From Candidatus Fermentithermobacillaceae bacterium UBA3907 (GTDB lineage: Bacteria > Bacillota > Sulfobacillia > Fermentithermobacillales > Fermentithermobacillaceae): DNA of 53,469 nt. Shown here piece after piece: positions 1 through 10,921 of the stretch. A program made the position numbers and the translations under genes. The notes under the pieces are model-generated. The model was not told where the DNA came from. It saw only the letters and a list, made by a program, of their open reading frames with translations, and ran no database searches. The stretch lies in the NCBI GenBank assembly GCA_002391545.1, contig DGFF01000068.1, positions 653 through 54,121 on the forward strand. The letters are read 5' to 3'. Every line of letters begins with the position of its first letter. Position 1 is the stretch's first letter.

Positions 1-1223
1 TGAGGCTAAAAGAGCTAAGGGATCAAGGCAAGATCTTGGAAGCGTACAGATTGGAACAAAGGACCAAATTTGACTTGGAAATGCTACAGGAGATGGGATA
101 TTGCCCAGGTATTGAGAACTACTCAAGACATCTTACTCAAAGGGCACCAGGGCAACCCCCATACACTTTGCTAGATTTCTTTCCTGATGACTTTATAGTT
201 GTAATAGACGAATCCCACGTGACCATACCTCAACTTAGGGCTATGTACGAAGGAGACCGCTCTCGCAAACAGTCGTTGGTGAATTACGGATTCAGGTTAC
301 CTTCGGCCTTCGATAATAGGCCCCTTACCTTCGATGAGTTTATGTCAAAGATAGGTCAGGTGATATACGTTTCGGCTACGCCGGGTCCTTTTGAGCTAGA
401 AGTAGCTTCTCAAGTAGTAGAGCAAGTTGTACGTCCTACAGGGCTTATCGATCCAGAGATACAGGTCAGGCCTACTGAAAATCAAATAGATGACTTAATC
501 GCTGAGATACGAGAGGCGGCTTCAAGAAATGAAAGGGTTTTGGTAACTACACTTACCAAGCGCATGGCAGAGGACCTGACTGAGTATCTGAGGGAAATAG
601 GCATAAAAGTAACGTATATGCACTCTGACGTAAAGACTTTAGAGCGCATGGAAATAATTAGAGATTTAAGACTCGGCGTTTTCGATGTTCTAGTGGGTAT
701 TAACTTGCTTAGAGAAGGACTGGACTTACCTGAGGTTTCGCGAGTTTGCATATTAGATGCTGACCGGGAAGGGTTTTTAAGATCTGAAACCTCGCTTATA
801 CAAACGATCGGAAGGGCAGCTCGAAATGTAAATGGAAAAGTTATAATGTATGCAGATACTGTAACAGGGTCCATGGAACGGGCAATTCGGGAGACTGAAA
901 GACGCAGGGCGAAGCAAAAAGCGTACAATGAGAAGCATGGAATTGTTCCCCAAAGTATTAAGAAAGACATCCGTGATGTGATTGCCCATGAAAGACCGCT
1001 GGAAGAAGAAAAAATAGACTCTTTCTTGAGAGAAAAGAGTCTAAAAGATATCCCGAAGAAAGAAATTCCAAAAGTTGTAGACACCTTAGTAAAAGAAATG
1101 AAAGAAGCGTCTGCGAACCTTGAGTTTGAAAGGGCAGCGATTCTAAGAGATATGATATTCGAGTTAGAACAATCCGGAGTGGAAATTCCATCTTTGAGAG
1201 GTAAACGGAATGTCTCACGATAA
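1..1223 (+). CDS. uvrB: excinuclease ABC subunit B, C-terminal part (5' end lies outside the window)
   Basis: The frame stays open from base 3, upstream of the listed TTG at 36 ([28 protein letters not shown]). Helicase C-terminal motifs are present ([33 protein letters not shown]), as is a terminal UVR motif ([11 protein letters not shown]). It overlaps the uvrA start by 14 nt. Confidence 0.95.
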   Translation, partial: RLKELRDQGKILEAYRLEQRTKFDLEMLQEMGYCPGIENYSRHLTQRAPGQPPYTLLDFFPDDFIVVIDESHVTIPQLRAMYEGDRSRKQSLVNYGFRLPSAFDNRPLTFDEFMSKIGQVIYVSATPGPFELEVASQVVEQVVRPTGLIDPEIQVRPTENQIDDLIAEIREAASRNERVLVTTLTKRMAEDLTEYLREIGIKVTYMHSDVKTLERMEIIRDLRLGVFDVLVGINLLREGLDLPEVSRVCILDADREGFLRSETSLIQTIGRAARNVNGKVIMYADTVTGSMERAIRETERRRAKQKAYNEKHGIVPQSIKKDIRDVIAHERPLEEEKIDSFLREKSLKDIPKKEIPKVVDTLVKEMKEASANLEFERAAILRDMIFELEQSGVEIPSLRGKRNVSR

Positions 1224-4131
1224 AATAGTCATAAGGGGTGCGCGCCAGCACAACTTAAAGAACATAAACCTAGAGATTCCGAGAAACACCCTGACGGTCA
1301 TAACAGGATTGTCAGGTTCGGGGAAAAGTTCGTTAGCCTTTGATACTATTTATGCTGAGGGTCAGAGACGATACGTAGAATCCCTGTCAGCGTATGCCAG
1401 GCAGTTTTTAGGTCTTATGGATAAGCCTGATGTAGATTACATTGAAGGGTTATCACCTGCTATTTCCATTGACCAGAAATCGGGGGTTAGGAACCCGAGA
1501 TCGACTGTGGGCACTGTAACTGAGATATACGACTATTTGCGGCTTCTTTATGCACGTGTGGGGCATCCTCATTGTCCCAAATGTGGAAAACCTATTTCCA
1601 GACAAAGCGTGGATCAGATAGCAGACCAAATCCTCAAGTTTCCTGAAGGTACTAGGATTTCAGTATTGGCTCCTTTGGTGCGCGGAAGAAAAGGGGAATA
1701 TGAAAAGGTTTTCGAGGATATCCAAAGATCCGGTTTCGTAAGGGTTAGGGTGGATGGAGTTACAGGTGAGATATCAGAATTTTTGGGGAAGCGGTTATCA
1801 AAACACAAGAAACATGACATAGAGGTTGTAGTAGACAGACTCATAATTCGCGAAGACATAAGGCCGAGGTTGGTAGATTCTATAGAAACTGTAATTTCGT
1901 TATCAGGCGATCTTGTGGTTATTGAGATTGGAGTAGGGGATAAGAAAGAAGACGTGATCTTCAGCCAGTCTTTGGCTTGTCCAGATTGCGGAGTATCAAT
2001 ACCAGAGCTTGAGCCCAGGTTGTTTTCTTTCAATAGTCCGTTTGGGGCTTGTCCAGCGTGCAACGGGTTGGGAGTCAACATGGAAATCGATCCTGAGATG
2101 ATTATCCCGGATAAGAGAAAATCCATATCCGACGGTGCTGTCGTTCCTTGGAACGGTACTCCTGACGGATATTACGCTCAGTTATTGGATGCTGCAGTTA
2201 ATTACCTAGGGATATCTGCAGATGTTCCTATCCAAGATCTTCCACCTGAACATGTAGAGGCCATTTTGTATGGAATTCCAGACCAAAAGATTCCTTTTCA
2301 CTATGAAGGCCCCTATGGTAGGGCATCAGATCGTTTAGTTACATTTGAAGGGGTTATCCCCAACCTCCAGAGACGCTATAACCAATCTAACAGCGACGAT
2401 GTGAGGCAGTGGATTGAGCAATTCATGGCTGCTGTACCTTGTCCAGTTTGCCAGGGTAAGCGCCTCAGACCGGAAGCTTTGGCTGTCACTGTAGGTGGGA
2501 TCAACATAGCTGATCTTACCAGCATGTCATGTGAAAATGCCCTGAAATTTATAGATGGCTTGACCCTTACAGATAGAGAGGTTCTTATCGCAAATCAGAT
2601 TCTAAAACAGCTTCATGCCAGACTGAAGTTTTTGACTGACGTAGGATTAGGATATATAACCCTAAACCGCCATGCAGGGACTCTTTCTGGAGGAGAATCT
2701 CAAAGGATACAGTTGGCTACCCAAATAGGTTCAGGCTTGGTTGGGGTGCTGTACGTATTGGATGAACCTAGCGTGGGACTCCATGCCCGGGATAACAAGA
2801 AACTCCTTGATACCCTGAGACATCTTCGGGATATAGGGAATACAGTAATTGTGGTGGAGCACGATGAGGACACCATTCGCTCAGCAGACTATGTGGTAGA
2901 CATTGGGCCTGGCGCTGGTGAAAATGGTGGCTACGTTATATGCGCCGGGTCAGTAGAGGATCTTCTTAGATGCGAAGAATCTCTAACTGGCCAATACCTG
3001 TCTGGGAAAAGGCAAATTCCTGTTCCTAAGAAGCGACGCAAACCGGAAAAGTTTATTACGATCAAAGGTGCCAGGGAGCATAATCTAAAGAACATAGATG
3101 TAAAGATTCCTCTAGGGGTATTTACGTGCATTACAGGGGTTTCAGGTTCAGGAAAGAGCACCTTGGTGGATGACATATTGTATCGGAAACTGGCATCTTC
3201 GTATCACGGTGCCAGACTACGACCAGGTGACCATGACGGCATCGAGGGAATCGAACTTTTGGACAAAGTCATAAACATAGATCAGTCACCTATAGGGCGG
3301 ACTCCAAGATCTAACCCAGCTACGTATACAGGAGTGTTTACTGATATAAGGCAACTTTTCGCCGGAACTCCCGAAGCCAAAATGAGAGGGTACAAGCCAG
3401 GGAGATTTAGCTTCAACGTAAGGGGAGGCAGGTGCGAAGCTTGCAGGGGCGAAGGGATCATTCGAATAGAAATGCAGTTTTTGCCCGATGTGTACGTTCC
3501 GTGTGAGGTATGCAACGGCAAGAGGTACAATAGCCAAACCCTGGAAGTGAAATATCGAGGAAAGAACATAGCCGAGGTTTTGGATATGACAGTTGAAGAG
3601 GCTATGGAACATTTCAAGAACGTGCCTTCAGTTAAGCGCAAGCTGAAAACCCTTTACGATGTGGGATTAGGGTATATAAAGCTGGGGCAACCGGCTACCA
3701 CATTATCTGGAGGAGAAGCTCAAAGAGTAAAGCTATCTACTGAGCTTTCGAGAAGGGGCAATGAGAAAACCCTTTACATTTTGGATGAGCCGACTACAGG
3801 ACTTCATTTTGAGGATATACGCAAACTGTTAAGTGTACTCCAGCGCTTGACAGATGCAGGCAGTACTGTAGTGGTTATTGAGCATAACATGGATGTTGTA
3901 AAATCTGCAGACCACATCATAGATTTAGGCCCTGAAGGTGGCGAAGAAGGCGGGTATATCGTTGCAGAAGGCACTCCAGAGGAAGTTATGGCAAATCCAT
4001 CTTCCTACACTGGTCAGTCTCTTAGAAAAGTGTTGCCTTTACCTGCAGATAAAACTAGGAAGAAATTATCTAAGGGAAAAGCTGCAGTTGGAGATGGCAA
4101 CATTCGTGGGGTAAGTGAAAGTGAAAAGTAA
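1210..4131 (+). CDS. uvrA: excinuclease ABC subunit A
   Basis: 973 aa. It has two ABC ATPase modules ([12 protein letters not shown] / LSGGESQRI / [10 protein letters not shown], and [10 protein letters not shown] / LSGGEAQRV / [10 protein letters not shown]). It also has CxxC zinc modules (CPKCG, CPDCG, CPACNG, CPVCQG, CEACRG, CEVCNG). Confidence 0.97.
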   Translation: MSHDKIVIRGARQHNLKNINLEIPRNTLTVITGLSGSGKSSLAFDTIYAEGQRRYVESLSAYARQFLGLMDKPDVDYIEGLSPAISIDQKSGVRNPRSTVGTVTEIYDYLRLLYARVGHPHCPKCGKPISRQSVDQIADQILKFPEGTRISVLAPLVRGRKGEYEKVFEDIQRSGFVRVRVDGVTGEISEFLGKRLSKHKKHDIEVVVDRLIIREDIRPRLVDSIETVISLSGDLVVIEIGVGDKKEDVIFSQSLACPDCGVSIPELEPRLFSFNSPFGACPACNGLGVNMEIDPEMIIPDKRKSISDGAVVPWNGTPDGYYAQLLDAAVNYLGISADVPIQDLPPEHVEAILYGIPDQKIPFHYEGPYGRASDRLVTFEGVIPNLQRRYNQSNSDDVRQWIEQFMAAVPCPVCQGKRLRPEALAVTVGGINIADLTSMSCENALKFIDGLTLTDREVLIANQILKQLHARLKFLTDVGLGYITLNRHAGTLSGGESQRIQLATQIGSGLVGVLYVLDEPSVGLHARDNKKLLDTLRHLRDIGNTVIVVEHDEDTIRSADYVVDIGPGAGENGGYVICAGSVEDLLRCEESLTGQYLSGKRQIPVPKKRRKPEKFITIKGAREHNLKNIDVKIPLGVFTCITGVSGSGKSTLVDDILYRKLASSYHGARLRPGDHDGIEGIELLDKVINIDQSPIGRTPRSNPATYTGVFTDIRQLFAGTPEAKMRGYKPGRFSFNVRGGRCEACRGEGIIRIEMQFLPDVYVPCEVCNGKRYNSQTLEVKYRGKNIAEVLDMTVEEAMEHFKNVPSVKRKLKTLYDVGLGYIKLGQPATTLSGGEAQRVKLSTELSRRGNEKTLYILDEPTTGLHFEDIRKLLSVLQRLTDAGSTVVVIEHNMDVVKSADHIIDLGPEGGEEGGYIVAEGTPEEVMANPSSYTGQSLRKVLPLPADKTRKKLSKGKAAVGDGNIRGVSESEK

Positions 4132-6004
4132 CTCGCAAGAACACATATGGACTGGTATTACAGGTGATCGTGAAGTGTTGGCTGAGAGGACAAAGGATCT
4201 GCCTACTTCTCCTGGCGTATACGTGTTTTACGACCAAGCAGGAGAAGTTTTGTACGTTGGTAAAGGTGCAAATTTAAGAAGTAGGGTGCGCTCGTATTTT
4301 GGTCCTAACTTGTCAACCAAAACTGAGGCTCTCATGGAAAAAGTAGGTGGTCTTGAAACCATAATAGTAGATTCTGAGGCAGAAGCCCTAATCCTCGAGT
4401 GTAATCTAATAAAAAAGCATCGCCCGCGCTATAATATACTGCTACGCGATGATAAAAACTATCCGTACCTAAGAATCGACTTAGAAGAAGAGTGGCCTAG
4501 GGTTAATGTAGTAAGGAGAATGAACCAGGATGGTGCTCGTTACTTCGGCCCGTTTACCAAGTCAGGATCACTTAGGGAGACTCTCTCGCTTTTGCGCCGG
4601 ATTTTTCCGTATAGAACTTGTTCAGATGCGTATTTATCCCAGGCTTCTCGGCCGTGTTTGGACTATCAGATAGGAAGATGTCTGGGTCCTTGCACCGGAG
4701 ACCTGGATAGGGACACCTACATGGAAACCATCGACGGCGTAATAAAGTTTTTGGAAGGCCGCCATAAGGATGTGAGGGATACCCTATCTGCGCGCATGCA
4801 ACAATGCGCTGAGAACCTGGACTTTGAAGGAGCTGCAAGAATTAGGGATCGAATCTCTGCCCTAGATGATGTAACTCAAAAGCAGAAAATTGTGCTTTCG
4901 GATATGAAGGACCGAGATATCTTGGGCTTGGCCCGTTCGGGAAAGCTTAGTTTTGTTGCACTCTTGCCAGTGAGAGAGGGCAAAATTATGGGTAAGGAAG
5001 GGTTTGTACTTACAGGGACTGAGTTGGATGAAGATTGTGAGATAATCAGTGCATTTGTGAGTCAATACTATCCCAATGCTTCCTTTATCCCAAAAGAGGT
5101 TGTAGTTCCTGTTTCACTGCCTGATGCAAGAGAAATTAGTGAATATACAGGGTTGAAAATAAGGGTTCCCAAGAGGGGAGTATTGAAAGACTTAGTATCC
5201 ATGGCTAACGACAATGCAAGAGCCATGATGCAAGCATACGTACCTAGATACGAAAGGGAAACCCAGGAAACTGTGAAAGCCTTACGAGATTTGGCAGATG
5301 CATTAGAATTGCCTGAGGCACCTCGGCGAATAGAATGTTATGACATATCTAACACTTCTGGTAAAGAAGCTGTGGCATCTATGGTCTTGTTGCTAGATGG
5401 TAAGCCAGATAAGTCTTCATACCGTAGGTTTCGGATGAAGACAGACGGCAAACCTGATGACTATGGAATGATCCAAGAAGTGCTATGGAGACGTTTCAGA
5501 AGAGGGATTCAAGAAAGGGATGCCATAGAAAAAGAGGGTAAGATGTCCAGGCGGCAGAGCAAATTTGCAATATTCCCAGATCTTATAATCGTAGATGGGG
5601 GCAAGGGGCAAGTTAGTGCAGGGAAACAAGTTCTGGATGAGTTAGAATTGGATATACCCATAGCAGGTTTGGCAGAGCGGAACGAGGAGATTTTCTTGCT
5701 TCACAGGTCTGAACCTGTAATACTTCCAAGAGATTCGGGTGCTTTGTTTCTGCTCATTAGAATCCGCGACGAAGCTCACAGATTCGCCCTTTCTTATCAC
5801 CGCGATCTAAGGGATCGAAAGTCTATAGGCACGGAATTGTCGCAAATCCCCGGGTTAGGACCCCAAAAAAGTAAGGAACTCCTTAAAGTTTTTGGTAGCG
5901 TAGACGCTGTAAAATCTGCATCTTACGAAGACCTTCTCAAAGTGAAAGGGATAGGCCCAAAACTCGCCTCATCCATCCTCGAATACTTCGATACTCACCG
6001 CTAA
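4115..6004 (+). CDS. uvrC: excinuclease ABC subunit C
   Basis: GIY-YIG N-terminus ([25 protein letters not shown]), UVR motif ([14 protein letters not shown]) and C-terminal helix-hairpin-helix pair ([22 protein letters not shown]). The GTG start overlaps the uvrA end by 17 nt. The exact start is uncertain. Confidence 0.93.
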   Translation: MKVKSNSQEHIWTGITGDREVLAERTKDLPTSPGVYVFYDQAGEVLYVGKGANLRSRVRSYFGPNLSTKTEALMEKVGGLETIIVDSEAEALILECNLIKKHRPRYNILLRDDKNYPYLRIDLEEEWPRVNVVRRMNQDGARYFGPFTKSGSLRETLSLLRRIFPYRTCSDAYLSQASRPCLDYQIGRCLGPCTGDLDRDTYMETIDGVIKFLEGRHKDVRDTLSARMQQCAENLDFEGAARIRDRISALDDVTQKQKIVLSDMKDRDILGLARSGKLSFVALLPVREGKIMGKEGFVLTGTELDEDCEIISAFVSQYYPNASFIPKEVVVPVSLPDAREISEYTGLKIRVPKRGVLKDLVSMANDNARAMMQAYVPRYERETQETVKALRDLADALELPEAPRRIECYDISNTSGKEAVASMVLLLDGKPDKSSYRRFRMKTDGKPDDYGMIQEVLWRRFRRGIQERDAIEKEGKMSRRQSKFAIFPDLIIVDGGKGQVSAGKQVLDELELDIPIAGLAERNEEIFLLHRSEPVILPRDSGALFLLIRIRDEAHRFALSYHRDLRDRKSIGTELSQIPGLGPQKSKELLKVFGSVDAVKSASYEDLLKVKGIGPKLASSILEYFDTHR

Positions 6005-6048
6005 TACAAAATAGTTCAATTGAGCAATTAATATTATTAATATTGGTA

Positions 6049-6077
6049 TTGACATTTCTAAACTTTCGTCATATATT
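6049..6077 (+). promoter_or_regulatory. sigma-70-type promoter for the DUF2089 cluster
   Basis: TTGACA (6049-6054), a 17-nt spacer, then TATATT (6072-6077). The RBS GAAAGGTGGG and the ATG at 6101 follow. Just upstream is a tandem TTAATATT-a-TTAATATT motif (about 6027-6043) that could be an operator. Confidence 0.6.
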
Positions 6078-6100
6078 GATGAAGAAAGGTGGGATGAAAT

Positions 6101-6502
6101 ATGCCAAATGAAGTGATCGGAATATGTCCTGTTTGTTCCCAGCCTATGGAGGTTACAGAACTGGAATGTCCTGTCTGCCACACCAAAATATCGGGCAACT
6201 TTCAGCTGTGCAAATTCTGCTCCCTTACCCCTGAGCAAAAAGGGTTTGCAGAAGTATTCATAAAAAACCGAGGCAACATCAAAGAGGTTGAGCGGGAGTT
6301 GGGAATCTCATATCCCACTGTAAGAAGTAGACTGGAGTCTTTAATAAGGGCACTGGGGTATGCAGTAGACGAGGAAGTGGGCACCTATGCCGATCAAGAA
6401 ACATACGCAGAGGAGCGGAAAATTATCCTGGATAGGCTGGATAGCGGGGAGATAAGTGTACAAGAAGCAACCAAGATGTTAAAGAGGTTAGGTCGTAGGT
6501 AA
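6101..6502 (+). CDS. DUF2089-like zinc-ribbon + HTH protein
   Basis: N-terminal CxxC pairs (CPVCSQ...CPVCHT, CKFC) followed by a helix-turn-helix-like segment (GISYPTVRSRLESL). I recognise this architecture as DUF2089. Confidence 0.7.
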   Translation: MPNEVIGICPVCSQPMEVTELECPVCHTKISGNFQLCKFCSLTPEQKGFAEVFIKNRGNIKEVERELGISYPTVRSRLESLIRALGYAVDEEVGTYADQETYAEERKIILDRLDSGEISVQEATKMLKRLGRR

Positions 6503-6533
6503 GGATCTCAGTATATGGCAAGGGGGAAGACGT

Positions 6534-7697
6534 ATGTCAAAAGAGGAGAAGATGTTGATTTTGGAAATGGTGAAGGAGGGCAAGATCACACCAGAACAAG
6601 GTGTCGAGTTGCTTAATGCTCTTGGGGAGCCTAAGCCGTCATTCAAAGCGCCTCTTATATCTGTACCTGGCATTTCCGATGACCTCGGGGATAAAGAGGA
6701 GCAAATAGAGGAACTGGTAGAATCAAGAGCCGAGAGTTTAGCCGAACGCATAAGTAGTATGTTTGCAGGTGGTGTGTCGCGGGGTCCTCGGTTTGAACTG
6801 TTAGAGGAATTCGAAGGCGAGTTAGACCCAGAAGGCGAAATTGAAGTTAATCTGCACTCCACAAATGGCGCCATAGAAGTGAGGAGTTGGGATAAGGCAG
6901 GCTACCACTTAGAGGTCCTGAAAAAAGTAAACGCTAGAACTGAAGAAGAGGCTAAGAGGATTCTCGAAGGCTGCTTCGAGTTTAGTCACAAAGGTTCAGT
7001 GCTCACTGGGGTAGCAAAGGGTCGCCAAAGTTTTGGCAATAGAAATCTATCGGTAGATTTCATACTCACGATACCTGCAGATAGAAGTGGGGCGCTAAAC
7101 CTTCATTCAGCTAACGGCCGTATAACTGTGGAGGACGTATCAGGGCCTCACTTAATAGCCAAAACAGCCAACGGACGGATAGAGGTAAGTAACGGCCAAT
7201 TTGAAACTTTGGAATTGAACACGGCTAACGGTCGGATAGTCATTGAGAACGTTTCAGGCAAGAAGTGTACTGCAGAAACTATGAATGGTCGTATTGAGGC
7301 TGAAGATTGCAGATTTGATGATGTTGAGATGACGGATATGAACGGGCGAATTGAATATCAAGGCGAGTCTCGCAACATGATGGCAAAGACGATGAACGGG
7401 CGGATAGTTGCGGAACTCACAGGGACAGGGAATTGGAACCTCAAGACAAGTAACGGACCTATTGAAGTGAAGATCCATAAGGGAGAGGCTGATTTTTACG
7501 AGGTAGATCTGTCTTCCAACAATGGAGCCATCGATGTTGGCGGGCTAGACGACGTGGATGTCATAATCGATGAAAGAAGAAAACACTTGCACAATAGGCG
7601 TTATAAGGCTTGCAGCAAAGGGTTTGCAGAAGCAGATTCAAAGGGTTCTTTGAAGGCATCGACTAGTTCGGGCAGGATATCGGTGGAATTTCTCTAA
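6534..7697 (+). CDS. SHOCT-like N-terminal domain + DUF4097-type beta-helical repeat protein (LiaX/YvlB-like)
   Basis: The N-terminus MSKEEKMLILEMVKEGKITPEQGVELLNAL is a SHOCT-like helical hairpin. The C-terminal half carries NGRI-type repeats typical of DUF4097. Confidence 0.7.
   Translation: MSKEEKMLILEMVKEGKITPEQGVELLNALGEPKPSFKAPLISVPGISDDLGDKEEQIEELVESRAESLAERISSMFAGGVSRGPRFELLEEFEGELDPEGEIEVNLHSTNGAIEVRSWDKAGYHLEVLKKVNARTEEEAKRILEGCFEFSHKGSVLTGVAKGRQSFGNRNLSVDFILTIPADRSGALNLHSANGRITVEDVSGPHLIAKTANGRIEVSNGQFETLELNTANGRIVIENVSGKKCTAETMNGRIEAEDCRFDDVEMTDMNGRIEYQGESRNMMAKTMNGRIVAELTGTGNWNLKTSNGPIEVKIHKGEADFYEVDLSSNNGAIDVGGLDDVDVIIDERRKHLHNRRYKACSKGFAEADSKGSLKASTSSGRISVEFL
7101..7538 (+). 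repeat. intragenic ~57-nt (19-aa) periodic repeat encoding x-N-G-R-I-x-V strands
   Basis: The N-G-(R/P/A)-I motif occurs at residues 194, 213, 232, 251, 270, 288, 307 and 330 of the 387-aa protein. Examples are SANGRITVED, TANGRIEVSN, TANGRIVIEN, TMNGRIEAED, DMNGRIEYQG, TMNGRIVAEL, TSNGPIEVK and SNNGAIDVG. The spacing is 19 residues for most of the run. Confidence 0.85.
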
Positions 7698-7714
7698 AAG
7701 GAGGCGCTATGTAA

Positions 7715-8104
7715 GTGATGGATGAAGAAAGAATTCGTGTGCTTCAGATGTTAAAGGAGGATAAGATCACTGCTGAGGAGGCTCTGAGCCTGCTTGAAGC
7801 GATGGAGGCGTCTACCGAGGTGTCTGAGTCGGACGTACCCCAGACACCTGCCAGGTGGCTCAAGATCAGGGTGACTGATCTGGGGGCAAATAAACCCAAA
7901 GTTATGGTCAACCTCCCTATGAAACTTGTTAACTGGGCGCTCAAAACCGGCAGCAAGTTCTCATCTGTAAGTGGTGTCGACCTAGATGAGATGGGAGTGG
8001 ATCTTAACGACCTCAGTGAAGCTTTATCCTACGGTTTTCGAGGTAAGCTGATCGACGTAATTGACGAGGATGAAGGACAACACGTAGAAATTGTAATTGA
8101 GTGA
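7715..8104 (+). CDS. SHOCT-like domain protein (small paralog of the N-terminus of the preceding gene)
   Basis: MMDEERIRVLQMLKEDKITAEEALSLLEAMEAS parallels the N-terminus of the 6534 gene. The RBS AAAGGAGG (7697-7704) lies ahead of GTG 7715 / ATG 7718. Confidence 0.6.
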   Translation: MMDEERIRVLQMLKEDKITAEEALSLLEAMEASTEVSESDVPQTPARWLKIRVTDLGANKPKVMVNLPMKLVNWALKTGSKFSSVSGVDLDEMGVDLNDLSEALSYGFRGKLIDVIDEDEGQHVEIVIE

Positions 8105-8124
8105 TCGCATCTAATCTATATTGG

Positions 8125-9018
8125 CTAAGGCAAACCCTCTGGGGTGTCTTTCACTCCCCTGGGTTTTCCTTTTTTTATAGACTCAGCTTTTTCTGCTATT
8201 CGGCGCAATCTGTGGTTGACTGCAGATTTGGAAATTGGAGGTGCAAGAGATTGTCCCAATTCTTCCATAGTTAGGGAAGGGTTGTCTAGCCTGGCTTGAG
8301 CTATTTCACGAAGAGCCGGTGATAACGAGTTCAAACCGATCTCCTCGTCTAGAAGCTCAATATCGGCGATTTGAGCCAAAGAAGAATCAACGGTTCTGGA
8401 TAGATTAGCCTTATCCATATTAATTTGTCTTTGCACAGAGCCTCTTACTGTTTTTCTCACTCGTATTTGTTCATATTCAAGAACGGATCTAGATGCACCA
8501 AGCATGGTTAGGAATTGGGATATTTGATCGCCGTTTTTCATGTAAACTATGTGTGCTCCCCTGCGTTTGATGATTGCGTTTTTTAACCCCTCAAGGTCCA
8601 GAAGGCTGGATACGAAAATTGCCATCTCCTCTGATGGAAGTACCAGTTCTAAATGGTGCTGATTGCTAGGAGACGACAAATAGCCTCTAGCCAAAAAGAG
8701 TCCTCTCAAGAAAGCCTTTCTGTCTTCTGGATTATTCTTCAGTTGTTCTAAGCTGGGCTGGTTTTCACAGAGACTTAAGAGATTTTTGTCAAGGTAAAAC
8801 ATTCGACGCAGCAGATACGGCTTTACCTTGTCTTTAGAAGATTGAAAATCGAAAGGGGAAACAACTGGGGAGCCGTTTGATACCTCAAAATCTTTGTTGG
8901 GGCCGAGAAGGCAGATCAACCCACAATACTCCCAAAAGGCTTGAGAAGGGCCGGTTATTTCTACCCTAGACAATTCTTCTTTTACTGTTCTGGAGAACGT
9001 ATCTTTTCCAGATTTCAT
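8125..9018 (-). CDS. whiA: DNA-binding protein WhiA
   Basis: N-terminus FSRTVKEELSR, a degenerate LAGLIDADG segment (FLRGLFLARGYLSSP) and a C-terminal HTH (SKSAVNHRLRRI). It lies downstream of rapZ-yvcK, the conserved Gram-positive arrangement. Confidence 0.9.
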   Translation of the reverse strand: MKSGKDTFSRTVKEELSRVEITGPSQAFWEYCGLICLLGPNKDFEVSNGSPVVSPFDFQSSKDKVKPYLLRRMFYLDKNLLSLCENQPSLEQLKNNPEDRKAFLRGLFLARGYLSSPSNQHHLELVLPSEEMAIFVSSLLDLEGLKNAIIKRRGAHIVYMKNGDQISQFLTMLGASRSVLEYEQIRVRKTVRGSVQRQINMDKANLSRTVDSSLAQIADIELLDEEIGLNSLSPALREIAQARLDNPSLTMEELGQSLAPPISKSAVNHRLRRIAEKAESIKKGKPRGVKDTPEGLP

Positions 9019-9023
9019 GTCGC

Positions 9024-10001
9024 TTAGTAAAGACCTTCCTTTGCGTTCATACTTGGCCTGGCTAGTGCGAGTATCGCATCTGCGATTTTTTCTGAATTAT
9101 GGTGCGCAAGATCGTCGCTTGCAATAAAGTTACCTGTAATAGGTACATAACCTTGCGCTTCTATGACATCCAAGTCCGGTACTACCAAGTATTTGTTTTC
9201 GTTTGCATAGTTTTCACGTAGTTTAACAGGAGGTATGCCAGTGTTTATAATCACATACGTGAATAACCTGCCTGCATGTTCCTGTATGGCTTTTATATGG
9301 TCAAAAGCGGTATAGTTATGGGTTTCCCCGGGCTGAGTCATTATATTGCAGACGTAAACCTTCTGAGCGTTGGACCTTTCGATAGCTTCTCGTATGCCTT
9401 GGACTAATAGGTTAGGGATAACAGATGTGTACAAACTTCCGGGTCCTATGGCAATAACATCAGCGTTTTCAATTTCGCATACTGCTTCGGAAAGGGCAGG
9501 GGGGTCTTCGGGATGCAAGCGCAAGCGTTTTATCTTACCGTTAGCTGCGGATATGTTGGCTTCGCCCGATACTATACTCCCATCTTCCATTTCAGCCATA
9601 AGAACCACGTCGCTCAAAGTAGCAGGCAATACTGTACCTTTGACCGCCAGGATTCTTGACATCGCCCTTACGGCTTCTTGAAAATCCCCTGTCATTTCAG
9701 TCATAGCTGCAAGGAACAAGTTGCCGAAGTTGTGGCCTTTTAACTCCCCTTTTTGGAATCTGTGATTGAACAGGGCTGTCATATCGCTCTCAGCTTCGGC
9801 TAGGGCTACAATGCAATTTCGAATATCACCTGGCGGCAATATCCCCATGTCTTTTCTCAGGCGCCCGGAACTGCCGCCATCATCGGCTACTGTAACTACA
9901 GCTGATATCTTGCAGTTAAGTCTTTTTAAGCCGCGCAAAACTGTGGAAAGACCTGTTCCACCGCCTATAGCCACCACGTTAGGAAGTGAGGTTTCTGTCA
10001 T
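9024..10001 (-). CDS. yvcK: YvcK/CofD-like gluconeogenesis factor (UPF0052)
   Basis: VVAIGGGTGLSTVLRGLK N-terminus. 325 aa. It sits between rapZ and whiA and overlaps rapZ by 4 nt. Confidence 0.9.
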   Translation of the reverse strand: MTETSLPNVVAIGGGTGLSTVLRGLKRLNCKISAVVTVADDGGSSGRLRKDMGILPPGDIRNCIVALAEAESDMTALFNHRFQKGELKGHNFGNLFLAAMTEMTGDFQEAVRAMSRILAVKGTVLPATLSDVVLMAEMEDGSIVSGEANISAANGKIKRLRLHPEDPPALSEAVCEIENADVIAIGPGSLYTSVIPNLLVQGIREAIERSNAQKVYVCNIMTQPGETHNYTAFDHIKAIQEHAGRLFTYVIINTGIPPVKLRENYANENKYLVVPDLDVIEAQGYVPITGNFIASDDLAHHNSEKIADAILALARPSMNAKEGLY

Positions 10002-10888
10002 TCCTCATCATCTCCCTTTTCGCCCAGGTCTATGTCCCTATGTTCTAGGATGACCTTGTATCCTTTGGATTCTAGATGTTTTCGTATTGCCTCTCCAATT
10101 ACAACAGAACGATGACGACCTCCTGTGCATCCTATAGCGATCGTGAGACTGGTCTTGCCTTCTTCAATGAAATTTGGTATGAGAAAGTCCAAAAATTCTT
10201 TTGAGTATTCTAAAAATGTTTGAGTTATAGGTGAATCGAGAACATATCTTGCTACTGCTTCATCTAGCCCCGAATCCTGTCTAAGATTTTCTATGTAGTA
10301 GGGATTGGGTAAAAAGCGAACATCGAACACTAAATCTGCATCTACTGGCAGACCGTGTTTAAATCCAAAAGTTATGATGTTTATGATGAGTTGCTCTACT
10401 TTTACGCTTGAGGATATTATTTCTATGATTCGCTTTTTCAACTCTGCAGAACTAAGGGTTGTAGTGTCTATTATCACATGAGCCTTATCCCGGATTTCCT
10501 TAAGCATTTCTCGCTCATCTCTTATGCTTTCCAAGACACTGCTTTGGGCAGATAGAGGGTGTCTTCTGCGCGTAAACTTGTATCGTTTAACCAGTGTTTC
10601 CTCATCTGCCTCCAGAAACAACACAGTTGGCTTAATACCTGCTTCTCTCAATTCTTCCACAGCTTTGGATATATCCTGGAAAAACTCTCCTCCCCGTATG
10701 TCGACTACAATCGCAATTTTGTCAAGAGGCTCCTTAGTCTGGGAACAAAGCTCTATAAACTTTGGAATTAGGGCAGGCGGAAGGTTGTCTACGCAAAAAT
10801 ACCCCAGATCTTCCAATGCCTTCAAAGCAGTGGATTTACCGGCTCCTGATAACCCTGTTATAATTATTAAGTTAGTATTTTTATCCAA
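9998..10888 (-). CDS. rapZ: RNase adapter / nucleotide-binding protein RapZ (YvcJ)
   Basis: IIITGLSGAGKSTALKALEDLGYFCVDNLP P-loop N-terminus and CTGGRHRSV near the C-terminus. Confidence 0.92.
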   Translation of the reverse strand: MDKNTNLIIITGLSGAGKSTALKALEDLGYFCVDNLPPALIPKFIELCSQTKEPLDKIAIVVDIRGGEFFQDISKAVEELREAGIKPTVLFLEADEETLVKRYKFTRRRHPLSAQSSVLESIRDEREMLKEIRDKAHVIIDTTTLSSAELKKRIIEIISSSVKVEQLIINIITFGFKHGLPVDADLVFDVRFLPNPYYIENLRQDSGLDEAVARYVLDSPITQTFLEYSKEFLDFLIPNFIEEGKTSLTIAIGCTGGRHRSVVIGEAIRKHLESKGYKVILEHRDIDLGEKGDDEE

Positions 10889-10921
10889 GAATAACTCAAC
10901 CTCTATTCCCCAAGATAGCTG

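Noticed and set aside
482-1084. Long antisense 'shadow' ORFs throughout the track (e.g. 482-1084 -, 1614-2126 -, 6488-6874 -, 12735-13319 -, 27366-27794 -, 39239-39757 -, 39895-40332 -, 51276-51797 -).
   Set aside because: Each lies entirely opposite a gene with unmistakable conserved motifs. Their translations are low-complexity (S/P/T/L-rich) with no recognisable motifs and no RBS. These are typical frame-shadow ORFs.
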